Source: an uncultured Acidobacteriota bacterium (GTDB lineage Bacteria > Acidobacteriota > Terriglobia > UBA7540). From it: a DNA stretch of 64,000 bases. The DNA lies in contig CAWDSK010000008.1 of assembly GCA_963804995.1 (NCBI GenBank), positions 64,001 to 128,000 of the forward strand, written 5' to 3'. A program made the translations under genes and the position numbers. Numbering within the stretch: position 1 is the stretch's first letter; every line of letters begins with the position of its first letter. The notes below the pieces were generated by a model. It ran no database searches, was not told where the DNA came from, and saw only the letters and a list, made by a program, of their open reading frames with translations. This document shows positions 1 through 9,994 of the stretch, one piece after another.

Positions 1-264
1 CTGGGTTACTTCAGCCGCCTGATGGCGGAATCATGGGAGTCCAACAACCTCTTCTGGGCCCGCTTGGCGGACGAGAAGGGATTGCCCCCGGAAGCGCTTA
101 ATCAGTTGGTTCCCGATTTGACGCGCCGCATGGTGGAGAAGATCTTTGCTACGCACTTGGACGATTGGCCGTCGCTGCTGCGCGCTTTGCAGGAAACCGG
201 GACAGAGTTTCGGGAAGGCAAGATGGAGTCTTTGCCCAAAACCAGCTCGCTCGCTCCGCTATGA
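1..264 (+). CDS. Hypothetical protein, C-terminal part (5' end outside window)
   Basis: Open frame from base 1 (LGYFSRLMAESWESNNLFWARLADE...) to TGA at 262-264, co-oriented with the next gene. Confidence 0.7.
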   Translation: MGYFSRLMAESWESNNLFWARLADEKGLPPEALNQLVPDLTRRMVEKIFATHLDDWPSLLRALQETGTEFREGKMESLPKTSSLAPL

Positions 265-296
265 GGATCGTCATCGTGGGATTAGAAAGGTGACTT

Positions 297-1376
297 ATGG
301 TGAAACGAAACTTTCTGCTCGGTTTGCTCGGCTTGGGGGTTCTCGCCGGGGGCGCAGTTTGGATAGGCGCGCAGGAAAATAAACCCGATACGGTCTTTCG
401 AGTCACCGTGAACATGGTGCAGTTGGATGTGGCCGTGACGGACAAGAAAGGGGACTACGTCACCGGCCTCAGCCCCTGGGACTTCCAGATTTTTGAAGAC
501 GGGATTACCCAGAAGCTCGCCACCTTTGGTGAGGAGAATGAGGCACCCCGCCGGCTCGAGGACTATGCGCGGGGGGAAAGCAATCCCACCTTGACACGGC
601 CTCAACCCTCCAAGCCGCAGCCGCGTGAGGCAGCGCCGTCCGGCCTCATCCAGACGGAGACTCCGGAGCGCGTCACGGCTCTGATCGCCGGCGCCAGTGT
701 GTTCATCCTTTTCGACACCAGCAACTACATGTACAAGGGATTCGTCTATGCGCAGGATGCGATTGCGGAATTTGTCCGCTCGCTGGACCATCCCTATCGC
801 GTGGCGTTCTACTCCTATAGCCGCAACTTTTCGCGGATTTGTATGCTGACCCCAGACCGCACAATGGCTTTGATGGGGGTTCGCGATACCGTGGCCGGAG
901 ATAACGCCGCGCTTTATGACGCGCTGCTATTAACCCTCAAGGATGCGGGCCAGTTTTCCGGGAGGAGGGTGGTGGTCGTCTTCTCGAACGGCCCTGACAA
1001 CACCAGTATGGTGGCGCCTGAGGATGTCCGCGAGGTTGCTCAAACGGAAGGAATCCCGATCTACATGATCAGTACCCAGCAGGCGCGACTGGACCCGGTA
1101 TCGACCGCGGTTTTCGAACGCATGAGCGCCAGCACGGGGGGTAAATCCTACTTTGCCAAGAACTGGCAGGATCAGGCGAAGGCGTTCGCTTCCATTCGCG
1201 ATGACCTGGCGCATCTCTATACGCTTACTTATTACCCGCAGCCCAACCCCAATTACGGCTGGCGCAGTATCACGGTGCGCTTGGCGGGCGATCGCTTAAA
1301 GAACTTCCACGTGCGGACACGCAGCGGGTATCGGCCCCGTGCCATTCGGCGCGCGCAGTTGAACTTCAACCAGTGA
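297..1376 (+). CDS. VWA domain-containing protein (acidobacterial VWFA-related type)
   Basis: Signal peptide, FRVTVNMVQLDVAVTDKKG...GL...DFQIFEDG motif, MIDAS-like DTSNYM, SNGPDN, and the typical C-terminal YTLTYYP...VRTRSGY. Confidence 0.9.
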   Translation: MVKRNFLLGLLGLGVLAGGAVWIGAQENKPDTVFRVTVNMVQLDVAVTDKKGDYVTGLSPWDFQIFEDGITQKLATFGEENEAPRRLEDYARGESNPTLTRPQPSKPQPREAAPSGLIQTETPERVTALIAGASVFILFDTSNYMYKGFVYAQDAIAEFVRSLDHPYRVAFYSYSRNFSRICMLTPDRTMALMGVRDTVAGDNAALYDALLLTLKDAGQFSGRRVVVVFSNGPDNTSMVAPEDVREVAQTEGIPIYMISTQQARLDPVSTAVFERMSASTGGKSYFAKNWQDQAKAFASIRDDLAHLYTLTYYPQPNPNYGWRSITVRLAGDRLKNFHVRTRSGYRPRAIRRAQLNFNQ

Positions 1377-1444
1377 ATCGCGCCGTAACGGATTGAGGCT
1401 ACTCCCGAGGAAGCGGACTCTGTCGCTTCAGAATGCCAGCGCCG

Positions 1445-1774
1445 TTAAGAGGAGGGCGGGGTAGCCACCGTTACATCCGTGACGGTGATCGAGTCGCCGT
1501 TCACACTGCCCATCACCTTCACGGCCTTTCCGCCCATACCCTTGAACTTATCTTGCGCGTCGAGCTGATAAACCTTGCCTTCGGAAACCAGAATGTACTT
1601 GGCCCCGCCGGAAACGCAATGCTCAACGCACGGCGCACCTGCCGCATTAGCCGTCGCGTGCTTCACGCCACAATGGGAATCACTGACCGTTCCGTAAATA
1701 GCTTTATCCTCTGCCCATGCCAGGCAACCGAAAACCAGGATCGAGAACACCACGAGCATAAGTTTCTTCGTCAT
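1445..1774 (-). CDS. Small exported Cys/His-containing OB-fold-like hypothetical protein
   Basis: ATG at 1774 preceded by GGAGG; signal peptide MTKKLMLVVFSILVFGCLAWA; GTVSDSHCGVKH...CVEHCV..GAKY motif. Confidence 0.8.
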   Translation of the reverse strand: MTKKLMLVVFSILVFGCLAWAEDKAIYGTVSDSHCGVKHATANAAGAPCVEHCVSGGAKYILVSEGKVYQLDAQDKFKGMGGKAVKVMGSVNGDSITVTDVTVATPPSS

Positions 1775-2233
1775 CTTAATTCCTCCTTTTAGTCCGATGG
1801 TCTGTTTCCAGGACGCGTTTGCAAATCGTGACATTCTGAACGATCCCGCGTCGTCACCCAGTTTTCTGGTGGGACAACGCCCGCTACAGCCCGCGTAGAG
1901 CAACAAGTGGGACATTCCATGCGTCTGGAATTCCCCTCGCTTAGGATTTAACTGGTGACAAAACGCAATATTACGGGTGACCACAGTCAGTATGACAGGT
2001 CCCAGCGCAGTTCGCAAGTTGCGGATTTGTTTCGGATATTTTGATTGGCGAAGAGCAGTTACGCCTTCGCTTCGTGCCCCTCTTTGACCTTTTCGCGTGG
2101 TTTCCTGATTTCAGGCGAGACTGGGTCGGGCGCGCTCAGGCTACCTGGCGGCGCAAGGCCCCTGGCGTCTTGGCGGGACGGGCGATGGCATGCCGACGTT
2201 GGCGGCGCACGCCCCGGCTCGTAGCAAGACGCA

Positions 2234-3238
2234 CTACGGCTGCGTCATTTTGACTGGTCGTGCCAAGGCCCCCAGCGTGGTAGCGAGCCAGCTATTCATG
2301 GCTTCTCGATTCTGGTAAACCTCTGTCAAGGGACGTTCGCGATAGCTTTTGCCCACGCCGGTTTGAAAACCCAGCGCCGCAAACCCTCTTCGCTTCTGCC
2401 AGAGGAGCTTGCCGCTGCCGTTCCACAGTTTCATGTCCACCGTGGCGGCATACACCCAACCCTTTCCGCCAAATGCGTTCACACCGGTCAGCGCCGCCAG
2501 CGCCCGAGTCTTCTTGGCGGCCACGGTTTCCGTCATGTCATCCCAGGAAGCCATTTGTTGTTTGACGGTCGCCTTCACTTTCTCGACATTGATTTCCAGC
2601 ACGGCGTCAACGTGGGCCGCTTCGGCAACTTTTGAGGCGTGGGAGCGCTGCGCCTCCAGGAGCCGTTGCATATCCACTTGCCCCGTTTGGGGGTCGATCG
2701 AATCCAGCGGGTTGGAGGAAGCGGTGGTCCGGCTGGCAATCTCTGCCCCCAGTTCCGCGGGCGCCACGTACCATCCGGCATTGTCCTGAAGGTACTTGGC
2801 AATGGCGGCGAACAACCCCTGCGTGTTCTCAACATCCTCGGACCTGGGCAGAATAATGATGCGCTTGATACCCGCTCCGAGCTGGTCTGCGGGCAGGAAC
2901 ATATTCTCTTCAGGCAATTCAATGTCTTCCAGGTGATTCGCGCCGCCCTCAGTCGTATACCAGACGGTCACGCGCGCCCCCATGCCGACTTGGGAAGAGT
3001 AGTCCTTAGCGGTCAGGATTTTGATCTCCTGGGGTTTCTTGTCGAGCACGGTAATGCTGTTGGGCGTGATAGCGACGGCAAATCCTTCCACCTTGATTCC
3101 CGTATGCTTAGGTTTTTGGGCCGCGATGACTGAGGAATGGGCGGCCGCTAGCAGGCAGAGAGCCGCCAGCGCCTGAGCGATGAGGCGCCCCGGCGTGATG
3201 AGCTGCTTGCGGTGGACTTTATTGAGCTTGACCAGCAC
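2234..3238 (-). CDS. Exported hypothetical protein
   Basis: 334-aa ORF with upstream GGAGG and an N-terminal hydrophobic signal-like segment. Confidence 0.75.
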   Translation of the reverse strand: MLVKLNKVHRKQLITPGRLIAQALAALCLLAAAHSSVIAAQKPKHTGIKVEGFAVAITPNSITVLDKKPQEIKILTAKDYSSQVGMGARVTVWYTTEGGANHLEDIELPEENMFLPADQLGAGIKRIIILPRSEDVENTQGLFAAIAKYLQDNAGWYVAPAELGAEIASRTTASSNPLDSIDPQTGQVDMQRLLEAQRSHASKVAEAAHVDAVLEINVEKVKATVKQQMASWDDMTETVAAKKTRALAALTGVNAFGGKGWVYAATVDMKLWNGSGKLLWQKRRGFAALGFQTGVGKSYRERPLTEVYQNREAMNSWLATTLGALARPVKMTQP

Positions 3239-3277
3239 AAATGCCTCCGGTTCGGTAGGGTCTTAACATAGGTGCTA

Positions 3278-4870
3278 CTACTTCCTGCGTACGGGGCGTC
3301 CGGCCAGTGCCCCGGTCACTTTTGTTTCCTTTACGGCGACCGCTCCGTTAACAATCACATAAGCGATTCCTCCCGGCGGTTCCCAGGGATCTTCAAACGT
3401 GGCGCGGTCCTCCAGTCGCGCTGGGTCGAAGATAATAATATCGGCCCAATCGCCTTCGCGGATGAGCCCACGATCGGGCAGGGCAAAGATTTCCGCCGCC
3501 AGGCCGGTCGAACGCCGCACAGACTCTTCCAAGGTCAGGAGCTTCAGGTTGCGCACGTACTCCGTGAAGATGCGTGGGAAAGTGCCGGCGCCGCGCGGGT
3601 GAGGCCGCCCCAGGCCGCGGTAGTGCACGGAGCTGTCCGACCCAAACACCATGTCGGGAGCGGTGATGAGCTGCCGCACGTCCGGCTCACTCATTTCATC
3701 GGCAATAATTTGTACGTCGCCGCGGGCTTGGGTTTTTAAGATCCAGGCGGCTTGCTCGGTTGGCGAAGCTCCGCCCGTTCCCTCTTTCACGATGTCGGGG
3801 ATGGTCTTCCCAATCCATTCCTTGTGCTTTTCGCTGAAGGCCACGCGCGCATTCGAGTAGTCCTGCCAGCCGTCGCGGCGCAACTTGGCCAGCGTGAGGT
3901 CGACGGCGCGGGCAAAGTTTTTCGAATGCTCCGCCGCCGGGCCGCCCAGCAGGGGATAAGCCTCCGGGGGAATCAGGTATTCGAGTGTGCTGCTGACGGC
4001 CGTGTAAGGATACATATCCGAGGTCAGGCGAATCTGTTTTCCGACGGTCTGGCGCGCCCCATCCAGACGCGCTCGCGCCGTCCCCCATTGGGAGCGCCCC
4101 GCCGCCTTGAAATGCGAAATGTGCAGTCGGGTTGCGCCGGCGCGCTGGGCGGTTTCGACGGCCTCCTGCAAAGCTTGGCGGCCTCCGGCGGCTTCGTCGC
4201 GCAGGTGCGTGGCGTAGATCGCCCCTTCCTCCGCCGCGACGTGCACCAGCGCTACCACTTCGTCCTCACCGGCGTATAGACCGGGCTTGTAGCAGAGCCC
4301 CGTGGAAAAACCCAGTGCTCCGGCCTCGATGCCACCCCTGACCAGCGCTTCCATGCGCGCCATCTGTTCCGGCGAGGGTTTCGGCCGCGCACCACAAACC
4401 TGCTGCCGCAGGGTGTTGTGCCCCACCAGCGTCGCGACATTGATGGCCAGTTTGAGGCTGGCAAGCTTGTGGAAGAAGGCGGCCATGTCCGGCGCCGAGT
4501 GGCCGCAGTTCCCCGTGATGACGGTGGTGACCCCTTGCAACAGGAAATTGTTGGCGGCAAAACGCTGGGTGGAATGCTGGATCTGATCTTCGATGTGAAC
4601 GTGGACATCGATGAACCCGGGGGCTACAACCTGGCCGTGGGCGTCAATGCGGGCGCGCGCTGGGGCCTGACCGAGCGACCCGATCTTTTCGATGCGGCCG
4701 TCGCGGATGCCGAGGTCGGCGCGGAAGCCGGGGCGCCCCGTGCCGTCCACAATCACGCCATTCGTGATGATGAGGTCGTAGGCGTTCTGGGAGGCGGCGC
4801 GATGCGCTCCCCAGGCGAGAAGAAGAATCAGTACGGACGCGCCGACGAATTGCCGCAAGCTTGGCATCAT
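3278..4870 (-). CDS. N-acyl-D-amino-acid deacylase (D-aminoacylase family amidohydrolase)
   Basis: VVDGTG...ADLGIRDGRI, APGFIDVHVH, QGVTTVITGNCG, THLRDE, HPRGAGTFPR motifs. Start placed at MMPSLRQ; the ORF extension upstream runs through repeats. Confidence 0.9.
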   Translation of the reverse strand: MMPSLRQFVGASVLILLLAWGAHRAASQNAYDLIITNGVIVDGTGRPGFRADLGIRDGRIEKIGSLGQAPARARIDAHGQVVAPGFIDVHVHIEDQIQHSTQRFAANNFLLQGVTTVITGNCGHSAPDMAAFFHKLASLKLAINVATLVGHNTLRQQVCGARPKPSPEQMARMEALVRGGIEAGALGFSTGLCYKPGLYAGEDEVVALVHVAAEEGAIYATHLRDEAAGGRQALQEAVETAQRAGATRLHISHFKAAGRSQWGTARARLDGARQTVGKQIRLTSDMYPYTAVSSTLEYLIPPEAYPLLGGPAAEHSKNFARAVDLTLAKLRRDGWQDYSNARVAFSEKHKEWIGKTIPDIVKEGTGGASPTEQAAWILKTQARGDVQIIADEMSEPDVRQLITAPDMVFGSDSSVHYRGLGRPHPRGAGTFPRIFTEYVRNLKLLTLEESVRRSTGLAAEIFALPDRGLIREGDWADIIIFDPARLEDRATFEDPWEPPGGIAYVIVNGAVAVKETKVTGALAGRPVRRK

Positions 4871-4995
4871 TGGCAGGTTACGCAGGTTTTGCGGATTAAA
4901 CAAGGTGCTGGGCGGTGGGGGGCTGGGGACTAGGGACTGGGGTCTAGGTGCTGGCTCGATCCCCTTGTCCCTTTGTGGTGATGGGGCAGGAATCA

Positions 4996-5536
4996 CGTAG
5001 CGCGGTCCCCCGTTTTTGGGGTCCGCGGTTCTTCGCTAGATTCGTGGATCTGATTCTGCGACGAACCCCCTCACCCGTCCCGCCCCGGCTGGTGAAAGCG
5101 CCGGCGGCGGTCCACCCTCTCCCCCCGGAGAGGGCTATGAATCAATTTGCAGGCTTTCCATACGGGCGAGGGCGAGAACCCAGCGAACTAGCAACGTAGC
5201 GCGGTCCCCCGTTTTTGGGGTCCGCGGTTCTTCGTTAGATTCGTGGATCTGATTCTGCGACGAACCCCCTCACCCGTCCCGCCCCGGCTGGTGAAAGCGC
5301 CGGCGGCGGTCCACCCTCTCCCCCCGGAGAGGGCTATGAATCAATTTGCAGGCTTTCCATACGGGCGAGGGCGAGAACCCAGCGAACTAGCAACGTAGCG
5401 CGGTCCCCCGTCTTTGGGGTCCGCGGTTCTTCGCTAGATTTACGCGTCCCAATTCGAGGGCAGATCCCTGTGGTCAAGGTTTGCAGTATTTCGCGAGAAG
5501 AGCCGCAGACCTCAACCGCGGAGGTCTGCGCTACGC
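4996..5536. repeat. Tandem 199-bp units of a GTAG-type REP/REPIN-like element
   Basis: CGTAGCGCGGTCCCCCGT...GGGGTCCGCGGTTCTTCG starts at 4996, 5195 and 5394. The array closes with the partner hairpin GCAGACCTCAACCGCGGAGGTCTGCGCTAC. Confidence 0.9.
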
Positions 5537-5558
5537 TTTCTTCAATCCGTGGCGACTT

Positions 5559-6086
5559 CTACTTCATCTCCAAAACGTATTTGCCGAGATAAAGTTTTGC
5601 CGGGGCGCCCTTGGCGGTGGTTACACTGAGCGGCTTCGGTTGGCTTACGGTGTCATCTTTTTTGACAGCGCACTCACCCAGCTTTTCGCCGGCTTGGTTG
5701 TAGAGCATGAACATGGCGTCGGCGTTGCTCGTGGCCGCAGGGCGGTTTAAGCCAAAGCCGTAACTGCCCACCCCGATGGCGATGCTGCACACGGAAAGTT
5801 TGGTTTCCGTGATCAACATGCCAATGTACTTCTCTTGGATTTGCGAGGTGTAACCAGTCGTGTCGATCAGAGCCACCACCAGGCGCGCGCCTTTGGCGTT
5901 CTTCAACACCGCGGCGTTGCGCGCCTCAACCGGGATGTTTTCTCCCACCAGATAGAAGTGCGCGGGTAGGGCATGATTATAGGCGTCGCCCGTGACCGGT
6001 TCGAACCCGCCTTGGGCGCGGGCAGGGTTCGGCCAGACGGCCAGGACGAAAGCGAAGCTTGCTATAAGCAGCAGTGATTTCTTCAT
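5559..6086 (-). CDS. Exported hypothetical protein
   Basis: ATG at 6086 after AAGGGGG; signal peptide MKKSLLLIASFAFVLAVWPNPARA. Confidence 0.8.
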   Translation of the reverse strand: MKKSLLLIASFAFVLAVWPNPARAQGGFEPVTGDAYNHALPAHFYLVGENIPVEARNAAVLKNAKGARLVVALIDTTGYTSQIQEKYIGMLITETKLSVCSIAIGVGSYGFGLNRPAATSNADAMFMLYNQAGEKLGECAVKKDDTVSQPKPLSVTTAKGAPAKLYLGKYVLEMK

Positions 6087-6198
6087 GGGTTTCCCCCTTT
6101 GAGATTGCTTGTGAATGACGAGATGACTCGCGAGCCTCGAACGCGCCAAGTGTACCACGAATGATGCACGCCGGACACGGCGGGCCTTCAAAAGCCAG

Positions 6199-6435
6199 CG
6201 TAGCGCGGTCCCCCGTTTTTGGGGTCCGCGGTTCTTCGCCACAATACGTTCGCTCACTTGGCGCACGAAGAACCGCAGACCTCAACGGGAAGGTGTGAAA
6301 AAATACCATTTTCACCGCTGAGTCGCTGAGACGCAGAGAAATGACCCTTTGTTTTCAAACCTCTGCGCCTCCGCGTCTCCGCGGTGAAAGGTTTGATGGG
6401 ATTTTTTCACAGCTTCCGGCGGAGGCCTGCGCTAC
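6199..6435. repeat. GTAG-type REPIN interrupted by a MITE
   Basis: Same left hairpin as at 4996. The right hairpin is split by the 6289-6416 insertion. Confidence 0.85.
6289..6416. mobile_element. 128-bp MITE with 3-bp target duplication (CGG)
   Basis: TIRs GAAGGTGTGAAAAAATACC / GGGATTTTTTCACAGCTTC. CGG at 6286-6288 and 6417-6419. Removing the element restores the normal REP loop length. Confidence 0.8.
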
Positions 6436-6439
6436 ACAC

Positions 6440-7246
6440 TCACGCCAGAAACTTGCGCAGGTAGGGGTCCGTTGAGCTCGCAAATTCCTGCTCGCTACCC
6501 TGAAAATAAATTTTGCTGTCGCGCAACAACAGGAATCGGGTGGGGGCGGCGGAATTGGGCGAGCGAATCGGTTGCAGAGGCGCCAGGGTTTGTTCCTCCG
6601 CGGAGTAGAAGTAGTTGGCCAAAAAGAAAGCGTCTTGCAAGCGCTGCGTGGCCACCACCGATGTGACGTGTTGCACTTCGCGCAGCTTGGCAATCAGCAC
6701 ATCGATGGTGTGACTGGTGACGGGATCAAGCCCTCCGGTAGGGGAATCATAGAGCATAATGGCCGGGTTGCTCACGATGGCGCGCGCCACTGAAACCCGG
6801 CGTCGCATGCCTCCGGAAAGCTCCGAGGGCATCTTCTCAATCGCCGCCTCCATTTCGACAAACCGCAACACTTCACGCACCCGCCGCTCGATTCGAGCTT
6901 CATCCTCTATATGTTCTTCGCGCAATCGGTAAGCAACATTTTCATAAACCGATAGGGAATCGAAAAGCGCACCTTCCTGAAAGACTATCCCCATGCGCAG
7001 GCGGATGGGCTGCAAGGCTTCCTCGGGGAGGGGAACGAGGTCCTGGCCTTCAATCAGCACCTGCCCCGCGTCGGGCTTGAGGAGGCCCAGGAGCAGCTTG
7101 AGCAGAACGGATTTTCCCGAACCCGTCACCCCCAGCAGGATGAGCGTTTCACCCGCTCCCAGAGCAAAGGAGATGCCGGAGAGGACGCGTTTGTCCTCAA
7201 AGGATAGAGAAACATTGCGGAGCTCGATGGCGGGTGTGGAAGGCAT
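6440..7246 (-). CDS. mlaF: MlaF/Mkl-family ABC transporter ATP-binding protein
   Basis: Walker A GVTGSGKS, VFQEGALFDSLSVYENVA, PSELSGGMRRRVSVARA; downstream of mlaE. Confidence 0.85.
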   Translation of the reverse strand: MPSTPAIELRNVSLSFEDKRVLSGISFALGAGETLILLGVTGSGKSVLLKLLLGLLKPDAGQVLIEGQDLVPLPEEALQPIRLRMGIVFQEGALFDSLSVYENVAYRLREEHIEDEARIERRVREVLRFVEMEAAIEKMPSELSGGMRRRVSVARAIVSNPAIMLYDSPTGGLDPVTSHTIDVLIAKLREVQHVTSVVATQRLQDAFFLANYFYSAEEQTLAPLQPIRSPNSAAPTRFLLLRDSKIYFQGSEQEFASSTDPYLRKFLA

Positions 7247-7254
7247 AAAAGAAG

Positions 7255-7417
7255 GAGATAGAAGTTAGGAGTCAGGAGTCAGAAGTATGAAAACTTAGTG
7301 ATTGGGTCATTGAGCCATTGAAAAGCGGCAATCGTTGTGATGACCCGAGAGCCCAAGCGCTCATTCACGCGACAAAGCAGCACCCTTCTGACTCCTAACT
7401 TCTGGCTCCTGACTCCT
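7255..7417. repeat. Inverted pair of degenerate heptamer tandem repeats (AGGAGTC-type)
   Basis: AGAAGTT AGGAGTC AGGAGTC AGAAG ... TTCTGAC TCCTAAC TTCTGGC TCCTGAC TCCT. Confidence 0.8.
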
Positions 7418-8196
7418 TAGAAGAACCCGATTCCGATTAGAAACTTGGTAATGAAAAAGTCCACCACCAGAATGAGCACGGAGGCTGTAACCATCGCCTG
7501 GGTTGTGGCACGGCCCACGCCTTCCGTGCCGCCGGTCGTATGCAATCCATAGTAGCAACCCACCAGGGAGACCAGAAAGCCAAAGAGGAAAGGTTTGACG
7601 AGTCCCTGGGTGACATCGTGATAACCCAACGCCTGGTAGGCCGTGGTCCAGTATTGGCCCGTGGTCAAACGAACCGTGTAAAAGCTGATGACGTAGCCCC
7701 CCAGCAAGCCGCAAAAATCGGCCAGAATCGTCAGCAGGGGCAGCGTAAGCACCGTGGCGACCACCCGGGGAACGACCAGCTTGCGCAACGGGTCGGTGCC
7801 CAGAGCGCGCATGGCGTCAATCTGCTCGCTCACCAGCATGGAGCCAATTTCCGCCGCGATGCCGGAACTGTTGCGCCCTGCCACCATCAGCGCCGTGAGC
7901 ACGGGGCCGAGCTCGAGAACGAGGGAAAGAGACAGCACTTTGCCCATCAGTCCGACTTCGCCGAACGTGCTTAGCTCACGGTAGGTCTGCAGGGCCAGTA
8001 CGCCACCCGTGAAAAAGCCAGTCAGCAGGACGATGGGCAACGAGCCAAAACCAATGACGTCCATCTGAATAAGCGTGTCGGTAATGTAGCGGGGTGGTGT
8101 GAAGGCGCCCCGGACAGAGTCCACGAACAGGAAAGTGAATTCCTGGACTGCCAGCACCCAGCGCTTCACAGCACCCACAATCAAGGTACTGATCAT
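7417..8196 (-). CDS. mlaE: MlaE-family ABC transporter permease
   Basis: ELGPVLTALMVAGRNSSGIAAEIGSM..SEQIDAMRALGTDP and GGTEGVGRATT motifs. Confidence 0.92.
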   Translation of the reverse strand: MISTLIVGAVKRWVLAVQEFTFLFVDSVRGAFTPPRYITDTLIQMDVIGFGSLPIVLLTGFFTGGVLALQTYRELSTFGEVGLMGKVLSLSLVLELGPVLTALMVAGRNSSGIAAEIGSMLVSEQIDAMRALGTDPLRKLVVPRVVATVLTLPLLTILADFCGLLGGYVISFYTVRLTTGQYWTTAYQALGYHDVTQGLVKPFLFGFLVSLVGCYYGLHTTGGTEGVGRATTQAMVTASVLILVVDFFITKFLIGIGFF

Positions 8197-8326
8197 CGGG
8201 TTTGGTCAGTCACTGGTTCTGAGAAATGCGAGGATGACTGACTGGCCAATTTAGCCAGCGGCGCAAGCGAAGTCAAGGCCTGTGGTGCGAGTCGGCAGGG
8301 AAGCGGCCGAATGGGCGGGCGGCAAG

Positions 8327-8440
8327 TTTGGAGTGCGGGAGCTCGCTCCCGCTTTTTCTACCGCTGACTCGTCAGCAGTGGGTGTTACGCCGCGACAAGT
8401 CGTGGCGTTAGAAAGCGGCGACGAGTCGCCGCACTCCAAA
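8327..8440. repeat. TGGAGTGCG...CGCACTCCA REP-like palindromic element
   Basis: Terminal inverted repeats TTTGGAGTGCGG / CCGCACTCCAAA with internal hairpins. Confidence 0.8.
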
Positions 8441-8569
8441 GGTTCGTCTTCACTTATGAGAATTCGGGGCGAGGGGTGCGAGTGAATTCGGTTAAGTTGT
8501 CGCTTCCTTAAAGTGCAGCAGTGGGATTGTGCAGGGGGATCAAGAAGGAGAGATGAAAGCAGAGGCTAA

Positions 8570-8675
8570 AAATAAAATGAGGGGGAAGCTTTCTCCCCCC
8601 TCCAAGCGTCGGGTCTTGGGTCTAAACTCCGAGCCGTCACTGGCTACCCTCTAGGTTTGTCCTGCGTCGGCTCGT
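8570..8675 (-). ncRNA. Candidate small RNA (resembles the Acido-Lenti-1 motif)
   Basis: Hairpin GAGCCGACGCAGGACAAACCTAGAGGGTAGCCAGTGACGGCTC (8673-8631), upstream sigma54-like promoter, downstream terminator GGGGGAGAAAGCTTCCCCCTC + T-run. The family name is from memory. Confidence 0.55.
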
Positions 8676-8685
8676 ACTGGGATAG

Positions 8686-8702
8686 AGCACGCTGCATTCC
8701 AA
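8686..8702 (-). promoter_or_regulatory. Sigma54-like promoter (-24/-12)
   Basis: TTGGAATGCAGCGTGCT has GG-N10-GC spacing. Predicted +1 at about 8675, right at the base of the hairpin. Confidence 0.5.
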
Positions 8703-9079
8703 TCGGTGGCGAATTCTGTCTGGAACTCATTTGCCGCTAACTGGTTAAGGATCAATGACAAGCTGACAGAGGCTCAGATGCGGTGGCGTTTAGGGCTGGC
8801 AAACAAATCTGTATTTCTATATTTGGTAACCGGAATATACAGAATTCTGCACACGGGCGTATAGTCCTTCGACAAGAAGTCTACTAATTCCGTCCTTTTG
8901 GCGATCTGGCTTTAAGTCTGGCGGGGGACCCGAGCCCAGTCCCAGCACCAAGTCCCAAGTCGCGATTTGCCGTTGCCCCGTGCAATCCATCCACAATCGC
9001 CACTGAAAATCCAAACTAGTTGACCGGTGTGCCGCCGGGCATGCTATCCTAGGCGATTAAGGTGGCCCATCGGTAGATA

Positions 9080-9859
9080 ATGATCGACATTCACTGCCAT
9101 CCCTTGCCCGGAGTCGACGACGGCGCGCGAACCTTTGAGATCGCAGTCAACATGTTGCGTGTTGCGGCAGCGGACGGTGTAACGGATCTGGTGGCCACTC
9201 CGCACTGCAATTACAGTTACAAGTTTGATCCGAACGTCAATCGGCAACTGGTTGCCCAACTTCAGGCGGCGGTGGGTGAGAGCCCTCGCCTGCTGATGGG
9301 CTGTGACTTTCACCTCTCGTACGACAACATTCAGCAGTGCGCCGAGAATTCCAAGAACTTCACCATCAATCAAAGCTCCTATCTGCTTGTGGAGCTTCCG
9401 GACCAATTTATCCCTGACCAGATCAGCCGCGTTTATTATGACATCCAGGTGGCGGGGATCATCCCCATCATCACGCACCCGGAGCGTAACCTTCTGCTCC
9501 AGCGCCGGCCGGAGATGATTCAGCACTGGGTCGCGCATGGGTGCCTGGTACAGGTGACGGCGCAGTCGTACACGGGCGGGTTCGGCAGCCGGACGCGCAA
9601 ATTCTCCGAGCGGCTGCTCGACGCGGGCATGGTCCACTTCTTCGCGAGTGACGCGCACGACGTCAAGCGGCGCCCGCCGATTCTTTCGCGCTGCTATCGG
9701 AAAGTCGCCCAGGCCAAAGGCGAGGAAATCGCAGAACTGCTGCTGGTGAAGAACCCCGAGGCGGTCATTAATGGAGAGCCTTTGCCGCCGCAGCCGGATT
9801 GGGCGGAGCTACGCGGTGGTGGTAAGCGGGGGTGGTTCTCTTTCTTGCGGCGTCATTGA
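9080..9859 (+). CDS. CpsB/CapC/YwqE-family PHP tyrosine-protein phosphatase
   Basis: MIDIHCH.LPGVDDG, ATPH, THPERN, ASDAH motifs. Confidence 0.92.
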   Translation: MIDIHCHPLPGVDDGARTFEIAVNMLRVAAADGVTDLVATPHCNYSYKFDPNVNRQLVAQLQAAVGESPRLLMGCDFHLSYDNIQQCAENSKNFTINQSSYLLVELPDQFIPDQISRVYYDIQVAGIIPIITHPERNLLLQRRPEMIQHWVAHGCLVQVTAQSYTGGFGSRTRKFSERLLDAGMVHFFASDAHDVKRRPPILSRCYRKVAQAKGEEIAELLLVKNPEAVINGEPLPPQPDWAELRGGGKRGWFSFLRRH

Positions 9860-9994
9860 GACTGTCTGGGGACAGCCCCACCCGCCCTCATTTCATTTGC
9901 AGTTCGTAAACCTTCCCGGAGAATTCCACCCGCACCAAGTTTTCTTCCGGCTTCACCTCATGCCGCCTGAAACTTTCTCCTGAGCCACTTGAAA

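Noticed and set aside
4996..5536. CRISPR array
   Set aside because: Units are 199 bp with identical 'spacers', and there are no cas genes in the window.
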